A stretch of DNA of 64,000 nt from Zygnema circumcarinatum SAG 698-1b. Its lineage: Eukaryota > Plantae > Zygnematophyceae. The position numbers and the translations under genes are program-made. A model generated the notes under the pieces. That model did not search any database, was not told the origin of the DNA, and saw nothing but the letters and a program-made list of their open reading frames with translations. Where the stretch lies: NCBI GenBank assembly GCA_037447605.1, contig CM074811.1:992001-1056000 (forward strand), written 5' to 3'. This document shows, in pieces, positions 38,701 through 56,757 of this stretch; position 1 is the stretch's first letter, and the number at the start of each line of letters is the position of its first letter.

Positions 38701-40245
38701 TTCACGAATGTGGTTTTAGTGCACTGCAACTTGGGCCATGGTAGGAGGGCTGCTGCGGAAGCGGTAGTGGCTGAAGTTGGCCTGCCATCGTCATACACTG
38801 AGAAAGGAATAGTGCAGCACAGGCAAAAGGAAGCTGAAAGAATAGTCCGTGAGGTTAGGGTAAAGCAAGCGAAACGGTTATACTTAGAGGCTTTGCACCA
38901 CTACAATGAAGCCCGAAAAGAGCTGTTGGGACTTGGAGAAAACTTGGAAAAGAGCATGTCAGGTCTTTGGACGGAAGTCTTAACTCAGTTTGGGCACACA
39001 TATCTCCGACTTGGAATGCTTCTCGCAGCAGAAGAAGTTGAGGCAGGTTTTGCTAACAATAGTGAGAGCCCCCTAATGGACCACGATGCAGCTTCTTCAT
39101 TCGACATAAGAGATGGGAGTAATGCAGGACCGCAGAGTAAAGGAGGAGGAGAAGATGTCGTGTTTCTGACAGCAAAGGACGCCATGACTAAAGCTCTTGT
39201 TTTGTATGATACACTTGGCAGCATCAGAAGGCAGGAATGTGCTTATGCACATCATCAACTCGCATGTAATCATAGGGATAGAGCTTTGCTCATAGCTGCA
39301 GCTGTAAGGCAGGAGGGTGCAGTGAAGAAGCAGAAAAGGGAGCTGCCGAGATCGCGGAGCAAACGGGAGGCTGCCACGTGGCAGCAACTGAGACGGTATG
39401 CTGCGCTGGCAGAAATTCATTGGCAGAGGGCGTTAGAGGTATATAAGCCCCAATCGCACCCTGACGTTTTCATCAATATAGCGATTGAAAGAGCCGATTT
39501 GTGCCTCGCCACAGCAGCACAGACCCCATCCATGCAGGTAAGCTGAAGGACAAACTTTTCCATGCGATAATATCGAAACATTAGGGTTGGTCGTTGGTCT
39601 AAGCTTTTGTAAGGGGGCAATTGCCTTTTATGCAGAGCTAGGATTGATTGCATAGGTTTGTTGGTCTTGCTAGATTCTGCCTTCGAAAACATCTCCACCT
39701 TCCTGATTTTGAGGGTCTCAAGAGTTAGGAATTGCTTCTTGGTAAAGGCAATAACTAGCTCGTCTTGTTTGTTTTGATGGAGCCACGATTCCTTGGTTAA
39801 GTTATGACTGCTTTCACAGTGGTGGTCTGATACTCTGCCTCCTCAAACTTGTCATTGTCAGGCACTTGAAGCATCCTTCAGTTATCTTTTGGAAAGCCGC
39901 CATGTCTGGATGCACCATTCACCCGATTCAAAGCCTGACCCCCCTATAGAAGAACCTTCCCATATTGAAGGACCAAGGGGTGCCACCGCTTCTCCTGCAA
40001 CCTGCTCCAAGCTCTGCCAGCGCATTCAATACCTTCTAAAGAGCATGCTCTCAGCCGCCATGGCTGCAAGTAGGCATTCGGGATTTGAGAAGAGTGCAGG
40101 CTCCTCCTCGTCCCAGCATTCCAAAGCTGAAGGGCGCCTCACTGTGAAGAATCTGACGGCCATGTATAGGGTGGCCCTTTCCTTGGAGCAGCCTCCACCA
40201 ATGGAGGAACTCTATGCCATGTGGATATTGCAAGAGCTTCCGTGA
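32720..40245 (+). CDS. EDRF1: EDRF1-like (erythroid differentiation-related factor 1 family) large TPR-containing protein, 9 exons including a 3.2-kb exon
   Basis: Exons 32720-32889, 33231-33346, 33682-33907, 34163-34835, 35105-35356, 35711-35887, 36087-36161, 36349-39537, 39862-40245. Conserved blocks: GFVCGSLPVP, DVIAPADILKQIFKTPYSKARLSVAVHRVG, FWQFQHIRMLLGSDLLLF, WLDNVMASVPELAICYH, GWVYNELG. Confidence 0.85.
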
Positions 40246-41309
40246 AGGAAATGAGCTTTTAGGGTTGGGTAGTGTTTTTAGTTGGGAGAAAGGCACAGGA
40301 GGGGGTATCAGACTTGAGCAGTTTCCGACTGGCGTGGTAAAGTTTTTGATGTTGCTTTACTTCTTTTCGATTAGGGACCTGCGATTGGACCAAATTTGAT
40401 CGCAGTCAATCGCCGATTTTTTACCTTGATTCTGACTCCATACAACCACTCGGGTGCCACGGTGATGAGCCTCCACCGAACCGCTGTTCCGATTCCGGTG
40501 AAGGCCTTTTTGACTCACCACGCTTTGTTTCTGACTGGAGTTGTCAAATTTATACCTAAGAGGTGTTTTCCGCATGTAAATTTCCACGTGGGGTCGGCTT
40601 GTGGCTGTAGATTGAGCTCTCTAGTGCAGTTTTTCATTTTTTGTTAGCCGACATGTTACTCCTCTCTAATACAGATTTTCCATCAGTCTTTGTCCAGTTG
40701 CCGTTAGATCAAACTGCAACTGAAATTATTCGACATGGGTGTATCACGAAACATCTTTGCCGTATTGAGGAATGCTTTCATCTACACTAGCTACTGCATG
40801 TCAGCGGTTGCAGGTTACTTGCATTAAGGTAAATCTTGCATGGGGCATGTTTTCTTCATGGCACGCCATTTGCCTCCTTTTAAGTTATGCACTTTGAAGC
40901 AAAAACATTTCACGGTCGCTTGAACACACCACAAACAAACATACATCGCATTCTTCCGAGCACCAAACCGAAAAAACAAAAGTGAACAAGTGGCAAAAGC
41001 ACCAGACTTCATTCCAAACAGAATCTTATTCGCCTAATCACATCTACAACCTTGTACATTTCTGGACAGCTGTCGCTACACACTACGGATCCCTGCGAGA
41101 AAGCTTCGGCTCCAGTTTCAATTTCAGTTGAAACGGATTCATGTGAACGCATCAGACTAAGCTACACGACTAAAGAGGTTCAGAGGGAAGAGGAAACATG
41201 TGGTCGAACCAAGGCGCGAGGGCGATCAGCTTACAAAACAAAAATAAGGGTTTCTAAGCAAAGGCATAGGTCCATAGGGAGCGCTTTCAGGCTCATTCAA
41301 TAATATCGC

Positions 41310-43692
41310 TCAGTCGTCGTCCGAGTCTGCTCATCCAAACCATTCAAAAGTTACAAAAATCACACTTTCCCGCCCGCAGAAAAACCTCAGGCTTTGCTTT
41401 GTATCACAGTTTTATGCAGATTGAAACCATCTTTTACAGCAAGTTCCTGTCTTTGCAATTAAGTAAGGAGCTTAGGAGTCTAAGGAGCCAACACACGCTG
41501 TAAGGGGAAAAGAAGCATACCTGATCTCACATCATCTCCCACTTTTCCGGAGTTCTGGAGCTGACGAACAATCATTCGGAAAATGAGGATCCACCAGTAG
41601 AGATGTATTACAAGGAGAATGATCAACAATGTGTTGAATGCATAGTACTGTTGATGCCAGTCAGGCCGAGTAAGGTCGATGTACTGCAAACACTCGACAC
41701 TGCCCCACACAAAAACAAGAGAAACATAGACTAAGTGCCGGCGCAAAAATCTCCGTCAACAGGAGGGGGAGGGGGAGGGGGAGGGGGAGGGGGAGACGAC
41801 AGCCTCCCTTGTACCTCTGACAATATCAGACGAATGCAAGCTATATCTTAGCTAACCTTAATCTCATACATTGATATAGTAAAGGTATAGATGTCACCTA
41901 ATACATAAGATTATAGATCCGAGTTGCATCAGGGGACAGAATGGAACTAAAAAGAAAGTTCAGTTGGAGAAAAAGGAGAGAAGCTGTAAAGTGCAACTTC
42001 CTCTGTTTCAACTCTTGCTCTGCTCTTAAGATGCTTGATTTGAATCAGATTATGACGACTCACCTTGTGCTCCATATGATCCAAAACGGAAAGTAAACAA
42101 GGCGGAGGAGAAACCAGGAGAGAGCGAAGAGTCCGAACAGCACACTGGCGAAAATTTCATTGCCGGAATACTTGAAAAGCTTTGCAGCTTCCATAAATAT
42201 GTCACTGATGTCATGTAAACCGAGAACTATGGAACCCACTCGGAAGTTTCTGCGCATGCCAACGATTGGAATAATTAAAGAAAAAACCTTCGTTAAGAAT
42301 GGCAGGGCCTCCACCGACAAGTACAACAATTGACAATCAAATAGAAATCATATTTTATTCTTCGCTTAAAGACATGCCGCCATATCCGCTACATCTGCCC
42401 CTCACCCAGTCACATAAGAGTAGCCGACCAGCGCAAAAGTGACTACATGATGAGTCATCATCACTGCAAAGTCCTTTCTCCTCGTCTCCCAAAACAAGAG
42501 AGCCGCCACACTATAGATGTAGAACCCAAACTGACCCGTATAGTACAGCTTCAGCTTATACCTGAAGCCCCCCTCAATTGAATCTGCTGAGAAATTCCAG
42601 GAAAAAATCAGAAAAAAGCGAGGAGAGGAAGGGAAAGGAGGGGAGGGGAAGGGTTGGGACACTGAACTGAAGATATCCATCACTCTTTCAAAAAGTGGCG
42701 CCTTTGCAACGTGAGAAGTAGTAGTCAGCAAGTAACGCATTCGGAAGTGACAAAATATGCAATTCGAAGAAGAACCAAAACGTGATGCAATTTGAATAAG
42801 GAGAGCTAAAAAACATGATGGAATCGGAACGAAGCGAACACAAGACACTTATCGGATATGCGCCCACAGCAACCAGCAGGAACTGATGCAGTTTTTTGCC
42901 TTTTTTCTGCCTTAAATGTGAGGGACACACTTGAGGGTTTGCGTTGGCCAGCCGTCCCAAAATGCCGCAGTGTTGTAAGCCCAGGGCTCATCCCTTGTGA
43001 TTGCGATGACGTAGGCTTCCAGGGCGCCATAGTACGCCAGCTTCCAGCACGACTCTGTGAACTTGGTCAGAGTTTTCTCCTTTGCCTCCACCTCCTCCTT
43101 CCTCAGCGCTTTCTTTCCGCGCGGGAAGAGGATGCGGTAGCCAAAGGTCTGCGCTTGTTGGGAGAGAGAGAGGGAGGAGGTCAGAGAGGAAGGGGAGTCT
43201 TGCTTTCTCTCTCTCAGGAAGAGGAGAGGGTGGAGGAGGGTGGGAGGGAGGGAAGGGAAGGGCGTGGGAGGTGAGAATTGGAGCTCATGTGGAGCATGTG
43301 AGAAGAGCGAGTTTAGGGAGGAGAGGTGAAGTCTGAAGTTTGAGGGATGAACGGATTGGATAAAGGATACAGTTTTGGAAATGCAACATTGTGAAATTAA
43401 GATCAAATCTTTCAATGTGCTTGCAACAAACGCGCTCCTCCCCCCCCCCCTCTCTCTCTCTCTCTGTCTCTCCCTCCCTCTCTATGTGTCATGTCTGCAT
43501 TACGCCCACCTGGAACAGCTGGCGGTCGAGCAGAAACCGCGCCAGAGGCCATATCGTGCAGAAAAGCACCACGAGTAGCGCATCATGCCACGTGGCAGTG
43601 CTCTGCTGTTCCAAGAACGAGGCCATGGCTCTCCTCCACCGCCAGCTCTCGACGACATGTCCGGGAAACCCTCCCGCAGCGCCTGCGAACAT
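41310..43692 (-). CDS. LOH2: Ceramide synthase (LAG1/TLC domain), LOH2-like, 6 exons, ~312 aa
   Basis: Exons 43692-43510, 43148-42931, 42561-42406, 42249-42064, 41699-41521, 41326-41310 (sum 939 nt). LAG1 motif RRKDFAVMMTHH...LHDISDIFMEAAK and C-terminus DVRSDSDDD. The LOH2 subclass call is from recalled motif similarity. Confidence 0.9.
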
Positions 43693-43884
43693 GTGCAGGC
43701 AGACGGAACTCAGCTCCCACTCTTCTCCCGCCTCTCCTCCGCCATGGCTGCCTCCTCTCTCCCTCCCTCTCCCTCCCTCTCCCTCCCTCCCTCCCCTGCA
43801 AGGCAGGAGAATGGGCTTTGGGGAAATTTCCAGGAAGGACAGGCCCGGGTTCAGACTCCCAGTTGCCCTTAGCCCTAACCTGCC

Positions 43885-44028
43885 GTACGCCTCCTGCGAC
43901 CGTCCAAAAAATGTACGATATCGTACGCTTCTGTAGTACAGTACTGTACTGTACTGTACTGTACAGTACATGAACGTACGACATTATGTACGGTATACGT
44001 ACGGCACTTTCGAACGAAAGTACTGTAC
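43885..44028. promoter_or_regulatory. Dense GTAC cluster (15 cores, including a (GTACT)n run) in the divergent ceramide synthase/ADK promoter
   Basis: Counted directly. GTAC is the established SBP-box (SPL/CRR1) core; function at this site is not shown. Confidence 0.45.
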
Positions 44029-44421
44029 TGAAAGTTTTCAGTTTTAAAGACGGAGGGTGGAGGCCGAATTGGCGGCGGGACGCACCGCCGACACCTGCGC
44101 ATCTGAGTGCGCGAACTTGTGCGCGTCAGGTTTACAATATGGGGGCTTCGCAAAATATACTCCGCCAATGGGTACACACCACGTATGTACCCGATACACG
44201 TGGCGAATGTTAATTGGTTTTTTCGACTCCTACCGAGAAAATAAGAGCAGCATGCGAGTACGGTACGCCATTTCCAAGCGAACTGGGCGCCACCGACACG
44301 CGAACTTCAGCGCGAACTGTTCCAGGGACGAAGTCGTTCGCGCACTGCGGCTGGTCCAGGTTTTGCAGGAGCGCTTGCAGGGAGAGGTGTGGGATCTTCT
44401 GTCTGCTTCAGGAGGGCATAG

Positions 44422-49071
<4,650 letters not shown>

Positions 49072-50224
49072 TAGGCCTTGCATTCGCAGCAGCACGTTTT
49101 GGCGTGAAGAGATGGCGAGGATGGCAATGGTAGCGGATGACTTTGTGTTCCATCATTTCTCAATCGTTATGCAATAGAATTTTTCCAGCCGCTGTACGCC
49201 GTGGCGCATGGCGCTGTTCATGCACCCATGAGTCATGCATGCATCATGATGTGCTTGATGCACTGCTTCCACACTGCATGATACATGGCATGGAACGGAG
49301 GGAGGGATTGAAGGGAGTGGGACTGTGGAAGGGAGTGGCGTCCTTGCATTATTAGGCCTTGTCACACTTGGTGCGCTTTCATTCTTTCCTCGTGGTTCCC
49401 CATGACGATTTTGTCCATGTACATTTGGTGGCCTCGCCATCGTGAGTTCAATGCCACTTCCCTTTCCTCCATCCTTCAACCTTTTCCAACTTTGCTGACG
49501 TGGTCACGGTTGAACTATTTGGAGACGAGCGACGTTGAACCTCGTGAAATTAGGGTTGTCTTCGTACCGGATGAAAAATGGGGTAAACTAATTAAATCCA
49601 AATTACCGACTTAAACAGTGACACGCGGCAGACCTGCTCACACGTTCTTTGATGTACCGCAAGGTGCCACGTAGGCGACAGGTGGCGTGTTGCTGTTGGT
49701 GGGTAGCTGGGCAAAAAGCGACGCCCCTCTGGCATGCAATGATGCAACCGGCTGTCGCGTGCAGGCGGTTTCCATTCAACTGGTTGAAGCGAGTTGAAAA
49801 ACGTCATTTCAGAGGTTTACAAAACGAAACGCTCCGCCTCAGTTTCCAACTCCGGAGCACCAACCAGTTGAATGAAGTTGGATCATGAAAAACGCACCCT
49901 AAAAGTGAAAACGTTGGGCTCGATAACCCTTACAGAATATTGCAAATTAGTATGGATAATCTAATGCCACAACATTTTCTCCATAAAAAATGGAATCGGC
50001 ATTGACGTCGTGATGGCAATGCCATCGAAGGTACATGGACAAAGACAACATGGGGAACCACGAGGAACTGTTGACAAAGGAGCTAAGAACAATAGAAAAA
50101 AGTTACGAGCTGAAATCTGCTTCTAGGCTCAACAACATGGCCCTACAAACAGCCGCGAAGGTTGCAATGTGTGGCAAATCGCGGGGAGGGAGGGAACCTA
50201 AACATAATATCAAAACTACCTAAC

Positions 50225-50340
50225 AAATGGTTCGAATCACTGGCAATGGTTGCGAATCCAATGGTTGGAACCAACCATTGCCAACGGTTGCTTGGCTCGC
50301 GAATCCACGCTTGGCAACCATTGCCAACGGTTGGTTGACG
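50225..50340. repeat. Third AACCATT/AATGGTT array
   Basis: caatggttg, ccaatggttgg, ccaaccattgccaacggttg (twice). Confidence 0.7.
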
Positions 50341-51811
50341 GTCTGCCCAGTGTTCTATGCCATTGCACATACCATGCATGCCTATGCCCATGCCCACCCC
50401 CCCCCCATGACCGAAATGGGGGATGCCATGGCACGCATGGCTGCCCATGCGCTCGCTCGGTCCCGTCCCGCGGCGGGACCAACATCCCGCCCGTCCCCTT
50501 GTCGCTGTCCGCCGCCGCCCGACGTCCCCCGGAGACTCGGCAGACCTGGCATCGGTGTTACCACGTGGCAGATTCTGACTGGCCATCAGGGCCTACCTGT
50601 CAGAGTACGGCAGCCCTGCCACGCTTTATCGTGGCCAGTCAGAAGGCGCCACGTGTTCCACGGCGTTCCCTCTCCCTTCCCACCGCGCGCACGCCGCCCG
50701 CCGCTAACCGCGCCGCCCTCGCAGCCTCCGCCCGTCCGTACACCCTCCGTATATTGTCCGTATAGGACCCGCGGGCCCGCCTCGCGGGCTCGCACGTACC
50801 CACGTCACGGCGCCCATGCTGCCACGATTGACGTCATTATCCTCGTCATCGAATCTTTCACAAAATCTATATCGTGGCTGGAAAGCGCCGCCTACCTGCC
50901 ACGTGGCCCTGCCTGCCAGCTGGCACCATATCTCGGCCGCCTCTGCGGGTTCCCCGCCGCCGCCTCCACGTCGGGCTATTTTGTCCGTACGCGCATTATC
51001 CGCCGCACGTCGCCCGAGCGCCCCCGCAATTCGCGCTCCTCCAAGGAAAATATTTCGGCCCAAGGGGCCTCCGCCACGTGGCGCAATATCCTGGATCGCA
51101 CGTGCGATGACCCGAACTTTGCGGTTCGCAGGTGCCGGCCGCTCCTAGCCACATCAAATTTTCTGCGCGTCACGTGACGCGCTGCCGCCCGCCAGCTCGC
51201 ATTGAATGACCGCCCACGCGGCAGGCACGGCTCGGCCCGCCCGTCTACACGTTTGTCCGTACCCATACAGTCAAACTTATCCGTACGGAATATCGAGGTT
51301 TTGGACTTTTCTGAATGCTGCGTCATTGCCGGCCAGCAGCTGACCGGCGGCGGCCGGGCGGCAGCCGCCCAAGGGCGGGATGTTCGAGGGCAGATCGGCG
51401 GCGGAGAGGCGCCGAAGGAGGATCGGACGGCGGGCAAGCGCGCACGCGCGCCGCGCGGCTCCACGTTGGCGGAGGGGCGTGGGGGCACGACGTGGAGGCC
51501 GCGGGGGCGAGAGCGCGAGGCACGGCGCCACGTGGCGGGGGGGGAGAGGGCGAGGGCGCGTGGAGCCCCTAGAAGGCGCGGGAGCGCGAGGGGCAGATCT
51601 TGCTGCGAGAGGGAGAGGGGTCGGGAGAGGGAGGGAGAGAGGGCGGGAGTGAGAGGGAGGGAGGGAGTGGGAGAGAGGGAGGAAGGGTGAGAAGAAAGGA
51701 GACACTAGAGGAGGGAGAGAAGAAGGGAAAGGGAGAAGAGACAGAGAGGGGGAGAAGCATAGGAGAGGGAGAGAAGAAGGCAGACGGACAGAGGAGGCGG
51801 TGCAGGCGCGG

Positions 51812-52395
51812 ATGCAGAGGGCGGGGATGGAAGGGAGCTCCTTCCAGCAGCTGCCGGTACGCAGTGATGTGCGCTGACTTTGAGTCATCATGGAGGGGCG
51901 AGAATGGAGAAGAGAAGGGAATGGAGCGGCAGTGTGTGTGGGAGAGAGGGAGAGAGAGAGAGTGAGAGAGAGAGGAAGTGAGAGGCAAAGTGTGGGAGGA
52001 CGAATCTTAAACTAGGATGAGAGAAATGCATTAAAATGAGGAGAGAGAGATTAAGCGCGATGCAGAGAGAGCGAGAGTAGTGTGAGAGAGGGAGAGGGAT
52101 AGAGTCTGATTGCCTGCATTTGGGTTCTGGAAGCAGGACGAAATAATATGGAAAATCGCCTCGCACGTGTGCTCCACGGCCGCCTCTCCCGCGGACTTCC
52201 TCGTCCTCCCTTTTGTGTACGACCCCTGTGCCTCTCTGGGCTCTGTTTGCAGCGCTGACCGCGGTCCATGGGCGGCAGTTCTGTCGGCCGTAGAAAGGCT
52301 GCATGTAGCGCACGGGGAGAGCGTAGATGGCCGTGGGGATGCATGAGAGGCGACGGCGGAGAGAACAAGGGATGAAGAGAGTCAGAGAGGCATGC

Positions 52396-52427
<32 letters not shown>

Positions 52428-55400
52428 GAAAAGGACGAGAGGGAGACGAGGGGAGACAGGAAGAGAGGTACGGGACTGAGAGAGGTGGAGGGGGGGGTGG
52501 GTGAAGAGAGGTGGCAAAAGAGACAGACAAACGGAGATAGGGGGAGGGAGATAGACAAAATGGGGGAGAGAGAGAGAAAGTAAAAGGGTGAGAGAGTTGG
52601 AGAAATAAAAAACAACAGTAGGTGGCTGGATGGATGCAACACAAGTAGCCTTGGTAGCTTTGGCACGCACCCTCCCCCTCCCCCTCCCCCTCCCTTTCCT
52701 CATCCTCCTCCCTCCCTCCCCTTCCCCCCCCTCACCCTCCCTCCCTCTCCCTCTCCCTCTCCCTCCCCCTTCCAGGTGCCGGCAGTGGCGCCACGTGGCG
52801 CGCGATCCTGCCCTGCTGGCGGGCGCGTCCCTTGGGGCCGTCGCCGTCCGCGCGGGGCAGTGGGAGGGAGGCCGCGCCTTCCTGCGGAGGGCGGCGGAGG
52901 GCGGCTCGCTGCACGCGGCATGCATGCTCGGCGTGGTGGGTCTCTGTCCATCCTTTCTCTCTCGCTCTCGCTCTCGCTGGCCCGCTCTCTCTTCTTCCCA
53001 CTCTGATTCTTTCTTATTTCCGTCAGTCTGGTCGCTGTCTTACTTTGATCTCCCTCTCTCTGTGCTCTCTTTTCTTTCCTCCTTCGCTCTCAATCTCATG
53101 CCCCTCGCCTACAATCCAACCCAACTTGTCCTCCTGCACTCCCTTGCCTCTTCATTCTCTTGCTCTCCTTCCTCCTCTCCCCTCCCCCTCCCATCATCCT
53201 TGTCTTGTCATTCTCCCACCCTCAGTTCTGCCCTCTCCTTCCCCCTCTCCCCTCATACCCCCCCTCCCATCCCTCCCTCCCTCCCCCCCCTCCCTCCCTC
53301 CCTCCCCCCCCTCCCTACCTCCCTCCCTCCCCCCCTCCTTTCCCTCCCCTCCCTCCCTCCCTCCCCCCTCCCTCCCTCCCTCCCTCCCTCCTCCTCCCTC
53401 CCTCCCCTCCCTCCCTCCCTCCCTCCCTCCCTCCCTCCCCTCCCTCCCCTCCCTCCCTCCCTCATCTTCTACAATCTCCACCCCCTAACCCATTCCTCGT
53501 GGTTTCCTCCCACTTCCAGATCCTCTTCTACTGCGTCCCTGAAGCCCGCTCTGAGGGAGGCCGCCTCCTTGTATCGGCCGGGAGGGCGGGCCACGCGGCC
53601 GCCCTCTTCGCCGCCGCGATCATGAGCTTCAATGGGAGCGGGTGGGGGCGGGCCACTAAGGACCTCAGGATGGGGGTCGCCCTCTGCGCGAGGAGTGCCG
53701 CTCTGGGGAATGTGGAGGCCATGAGGGAGCTCGGACACTGCCTGTTGGACGGGTTTGGGACAAAGCAGGATCAAGGGGAGGGGTGGAGACTGCTGTTGCA
53801 GGCGCATCTGATGGAGATTATGGGGACGGGAGGGAGGGAGAGGGGGAGGGAGAGGGGGAGGGGGAGGGGGGAGGGGGAGGGGGGGGAGGGGGGCCGGCGA
53901 TGAAGAGGAGGAAGGTGGAGGGAGGAGGAGAGGGAGGGAGGGGTGGGAGAGAGATGGGTTGTGTGGATCTGTTTGGCAATGGGAGGCCCATGGCTCCTGC
54001 AGAGCAGCAGGCGGTTCTGCAGGAGCTTCTGCAGAGGAGGCAGACACGTGTGAGCAGAGCAGCAATCGCTTCCTTTGTGAAGAGTAGGACGCCTGCAATG
54101 AAGGATGACTGTGGTGGGGAGATGGGAGGGGTGGCGGTAGAGGGAGGGGAAGGACAGGAGCAGGAGGAGGGGTGCAGTGTGTGTCATGGAGGGAGGGAGA
54201 GAGAAACAGACAGTCACGTGGGGCTGGGAGTGAGCGGAGATTGTATTCCAGAAAGTTCTGAAACAGTTACTGCAAGTGGGGTCCACGACATCCCATCACG
54301 CCACGTGTCACTGCAAGGGAGCTTGAGAGAGGGGCACCCTATGGAGAGGGAGGCGGAGGAACGAGGGATGAGGGGAGTAGGAGAGAGAGCGAGAGAAAGG
54401 GTGCAGCCGAGGTCTATAGCAGCTCGATCGATCACTGCTGCGGGAGCTTCCTCTGCGGCAGCCATGGCTGGAAGATCATCTTTCTCAGCTCCTCGATCTG
54501 CAGCTGCGAGAGCAGCCATGGCTGCCATTTCTGGGCGCCACGTGGCAGGAGGAGATGAGTCTTCGGCTTCAAGTATTGGTTTGCCGTTTTCGGCAAAGCG
54601 GGCCGGGGTTCCCGGACGAAGGGGGGGCAGAGAGGGAGAGGGAGAGGGTGAGGGAGTCGGGGAGGGAGAGGGAGATGTCTCTACTTCTGCTGCAGCAGAG
54701 GAAGAGAGAGTGAAGATAGTGCAGATGCTGGCGGCAGGAGTGGTTCCCGATATATCGACAAAAGGGCTAAAGAATATTTTGGGGTGTCTTCAAACATCCG
54801 TTACAAGGCGGCCCCCCCATCCGGCAAATGTGTTTTTGATGGAGTGGTTTGGAGGGAAGGAGGGAGAGGGGAGGGAGGGGGCGCTGGGGAAGATAGAAGA
54901 GGGGCTCGAGTTCTGCGGGAGGGAGGCGTGTGGGAGGCCGGAGACTCGCAAAATGGAGTTTTGGAGGTGCTCATGCTGCTGGTCTGCAAGGTGAGAGACC
55001 CCACCTTCTCTCTCTACCACCCCCCATCCCTCTTGTCAACCTCACCGTTTTTTTTCTCCCTCGCTGTGTCCATTTCCTTCGTTTCGTCAGTCTCTCTCCT
55101 CCACATTTGCTTTTTCCCTCCCCACCCCCCTTTCCCCTCTTCCCCTCCCCCTCCACCTCCCCTCCCCTCTCCTCCCCTCTCCTCCCCTCTCCTCCCCCTC
55201 TCCTCCCCTCTCCTCCCCTCTCCTCCCCCTCTCCTCCCCCTCTCCTCCCCTCTCCTCCCCTCTCCTCCCCTCTCCTCCCCTCTCCTCCCTCTCCTCCCCC
55301 TCTCCTCCCCCTCTCCTCCTCCCCTCTCCTCCCCCTCTCTTCCCTCTCCCCCTCTCTTCCCTCTCCCCCTTCCCCCCTCTCACCTTTCCTGCAGTCCGGG

Positions 55401-55509
55401 CCCCTGCGCGTTCAGGTACTGCAGCCGCTCCTGTCAGCTCCACGATTGGCGGCTCCGCCACAGCGCCGTCTGCCGCCCCTCCGCCTTCCGCGCGCCGGAC
55501 CAAGAATAG
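51812..55509 (+). CDS. F-box protein with Sel1-like repeats and a C-terminal MYND zinc finger (At1g67340-like), carrying a long low-complexity insert and an apparent frameshift
   Basis: Exons 51812-51856, 52137-52216, 52776-52935, 53520-54990, 55416-55509. F-box FQQLPDEIIWKI; ALFAAAIMSFNGSG...DLRMGVALCARSAALGNVEAMRELGHCLLDGFG; CGREACGRPETRKMEFWRCSCC..RYCSRSCQLHDW..H...C. Exon 4 is one base short of frame. Confidence 0.85.
55140..55380 (+). repeat. C/T-only tandem tract ((ctcctcccct)n-like) in the last F-box intron
   Basis: About 240 bp almost entirely C/T in 9-11-bp units. Confidence 0.9.
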
Positions 55510-56757
55510 GGCCAACACAACATGGGTTCTCTTTTCCATTTCTTTCTTTTTTTCTTTCTTGGGGGTTCTTTTTTCAGTTGTATTCGCAAAAATAAAGGCT
55601 TCTAGAGAGCCATTTCATTTGAGTGAGGATGGGTTTTTCCCTTTTTAATTGGATGCAGTTAATTGGTGAGCAGTCGTTACTGCATTCGGATCTCAGAGTA
55701 GGGACTGGCTCGTTTAGTTTAGGGGGCTGGAGGCACACCATTGGGAGGGAGAGCGAAAGGTTCTATCTTCACTGTTGTCTGTAAAGAAGCGTCAGGTTTT
55801 TGTGTATATGCAGCGCTTGCCTTTCTGTATCGCTTCTTTTTTATTGGAAGGGGACACAACCAAACAGAAAATGTGTACCCATCACTACAAAGAAGCTTTT
55901 GAGCTTTTTTTTAGGCATGTCGATGGGAATGTTCTCATATGCTTCTCACAGGAGGGACCAAGGAGAGGAGAAACGAGAGAGGGGGCGAGGGAGAGATGGC
56001 GAGAGCGGGAGGGGCAGAGGGAGAGGGGGGACTTGTAATATGGAAGGAGAGGAGGACCGGGAGAGGAGTGGGGGAGGGAGACTTGATCTAAAAGTGAGAG
56101 AGCGGGAGAAGAGAGGAAGAGAGGGGGACGGACCGAAGGAGGCCAAGGGAGGATGGGGAGAGAACACACAGGTCAAACAATGACGGCATGAAATTTAATA
56201 CTGTAAATGAACAGTATAAATCTACAATGCAAAATAGAACTGTGGTATAAGGTTTTAACTTAGCTTAATCTGGCACTGAATTAACCGGAAAACAAGACTC
56301 CGTTTTTGCATATTGCAGCAGTTCGCAAACTCTGGCAGCTTGAAGTCTCTCTGAGAGAAGATCAAGATTAAAAAAGAGCAAATTACAACCTTGTCCTGTT
56401 CCAGACTCTGTACACGATCGTCCTCTCTCTTCCATATATCTCTCTACCCTCTCACTCTCCCCCTTCTCTCTCTCCTCCCTCTCTTCCTCCCTCTCGTTTC
56501 TGTACATTCCCGCAGTTCACCGAAGCCAGAATCCATAGAAATCCCACCCACGCCGCTTTCCTGCAACATCCCCATCCTCAAGAAAAGAAGTGTCAGTGAC
56601 ACAAAGAAACTCACAACTTCAATTATATACTCTTTGTGATGACAATATTCCCAAGACACGTTACTTTGAATACAAGGGACAAAATGGGTCTGATTCTCGT
56701 ACTGCAAACCGCTGATCCCCGTTCCCTCGCTATCGTTCCCGCTTCGGCTCCACTCAT

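Noticed and set aside
36989-39420. Several antisense ORFs within the EDRF1-like large exon
   Set aside because: Shadow ORFs of a long coding exon with no recognisable domains.
50227-51690. GC-rich ORFs of 110-316 aa upstream of the F-box gene
   Set aside because: Overlapping in all frames, R/P/A-rich, no domain and no splice-consistent model; expected in very GC-rich intergenic DNA.
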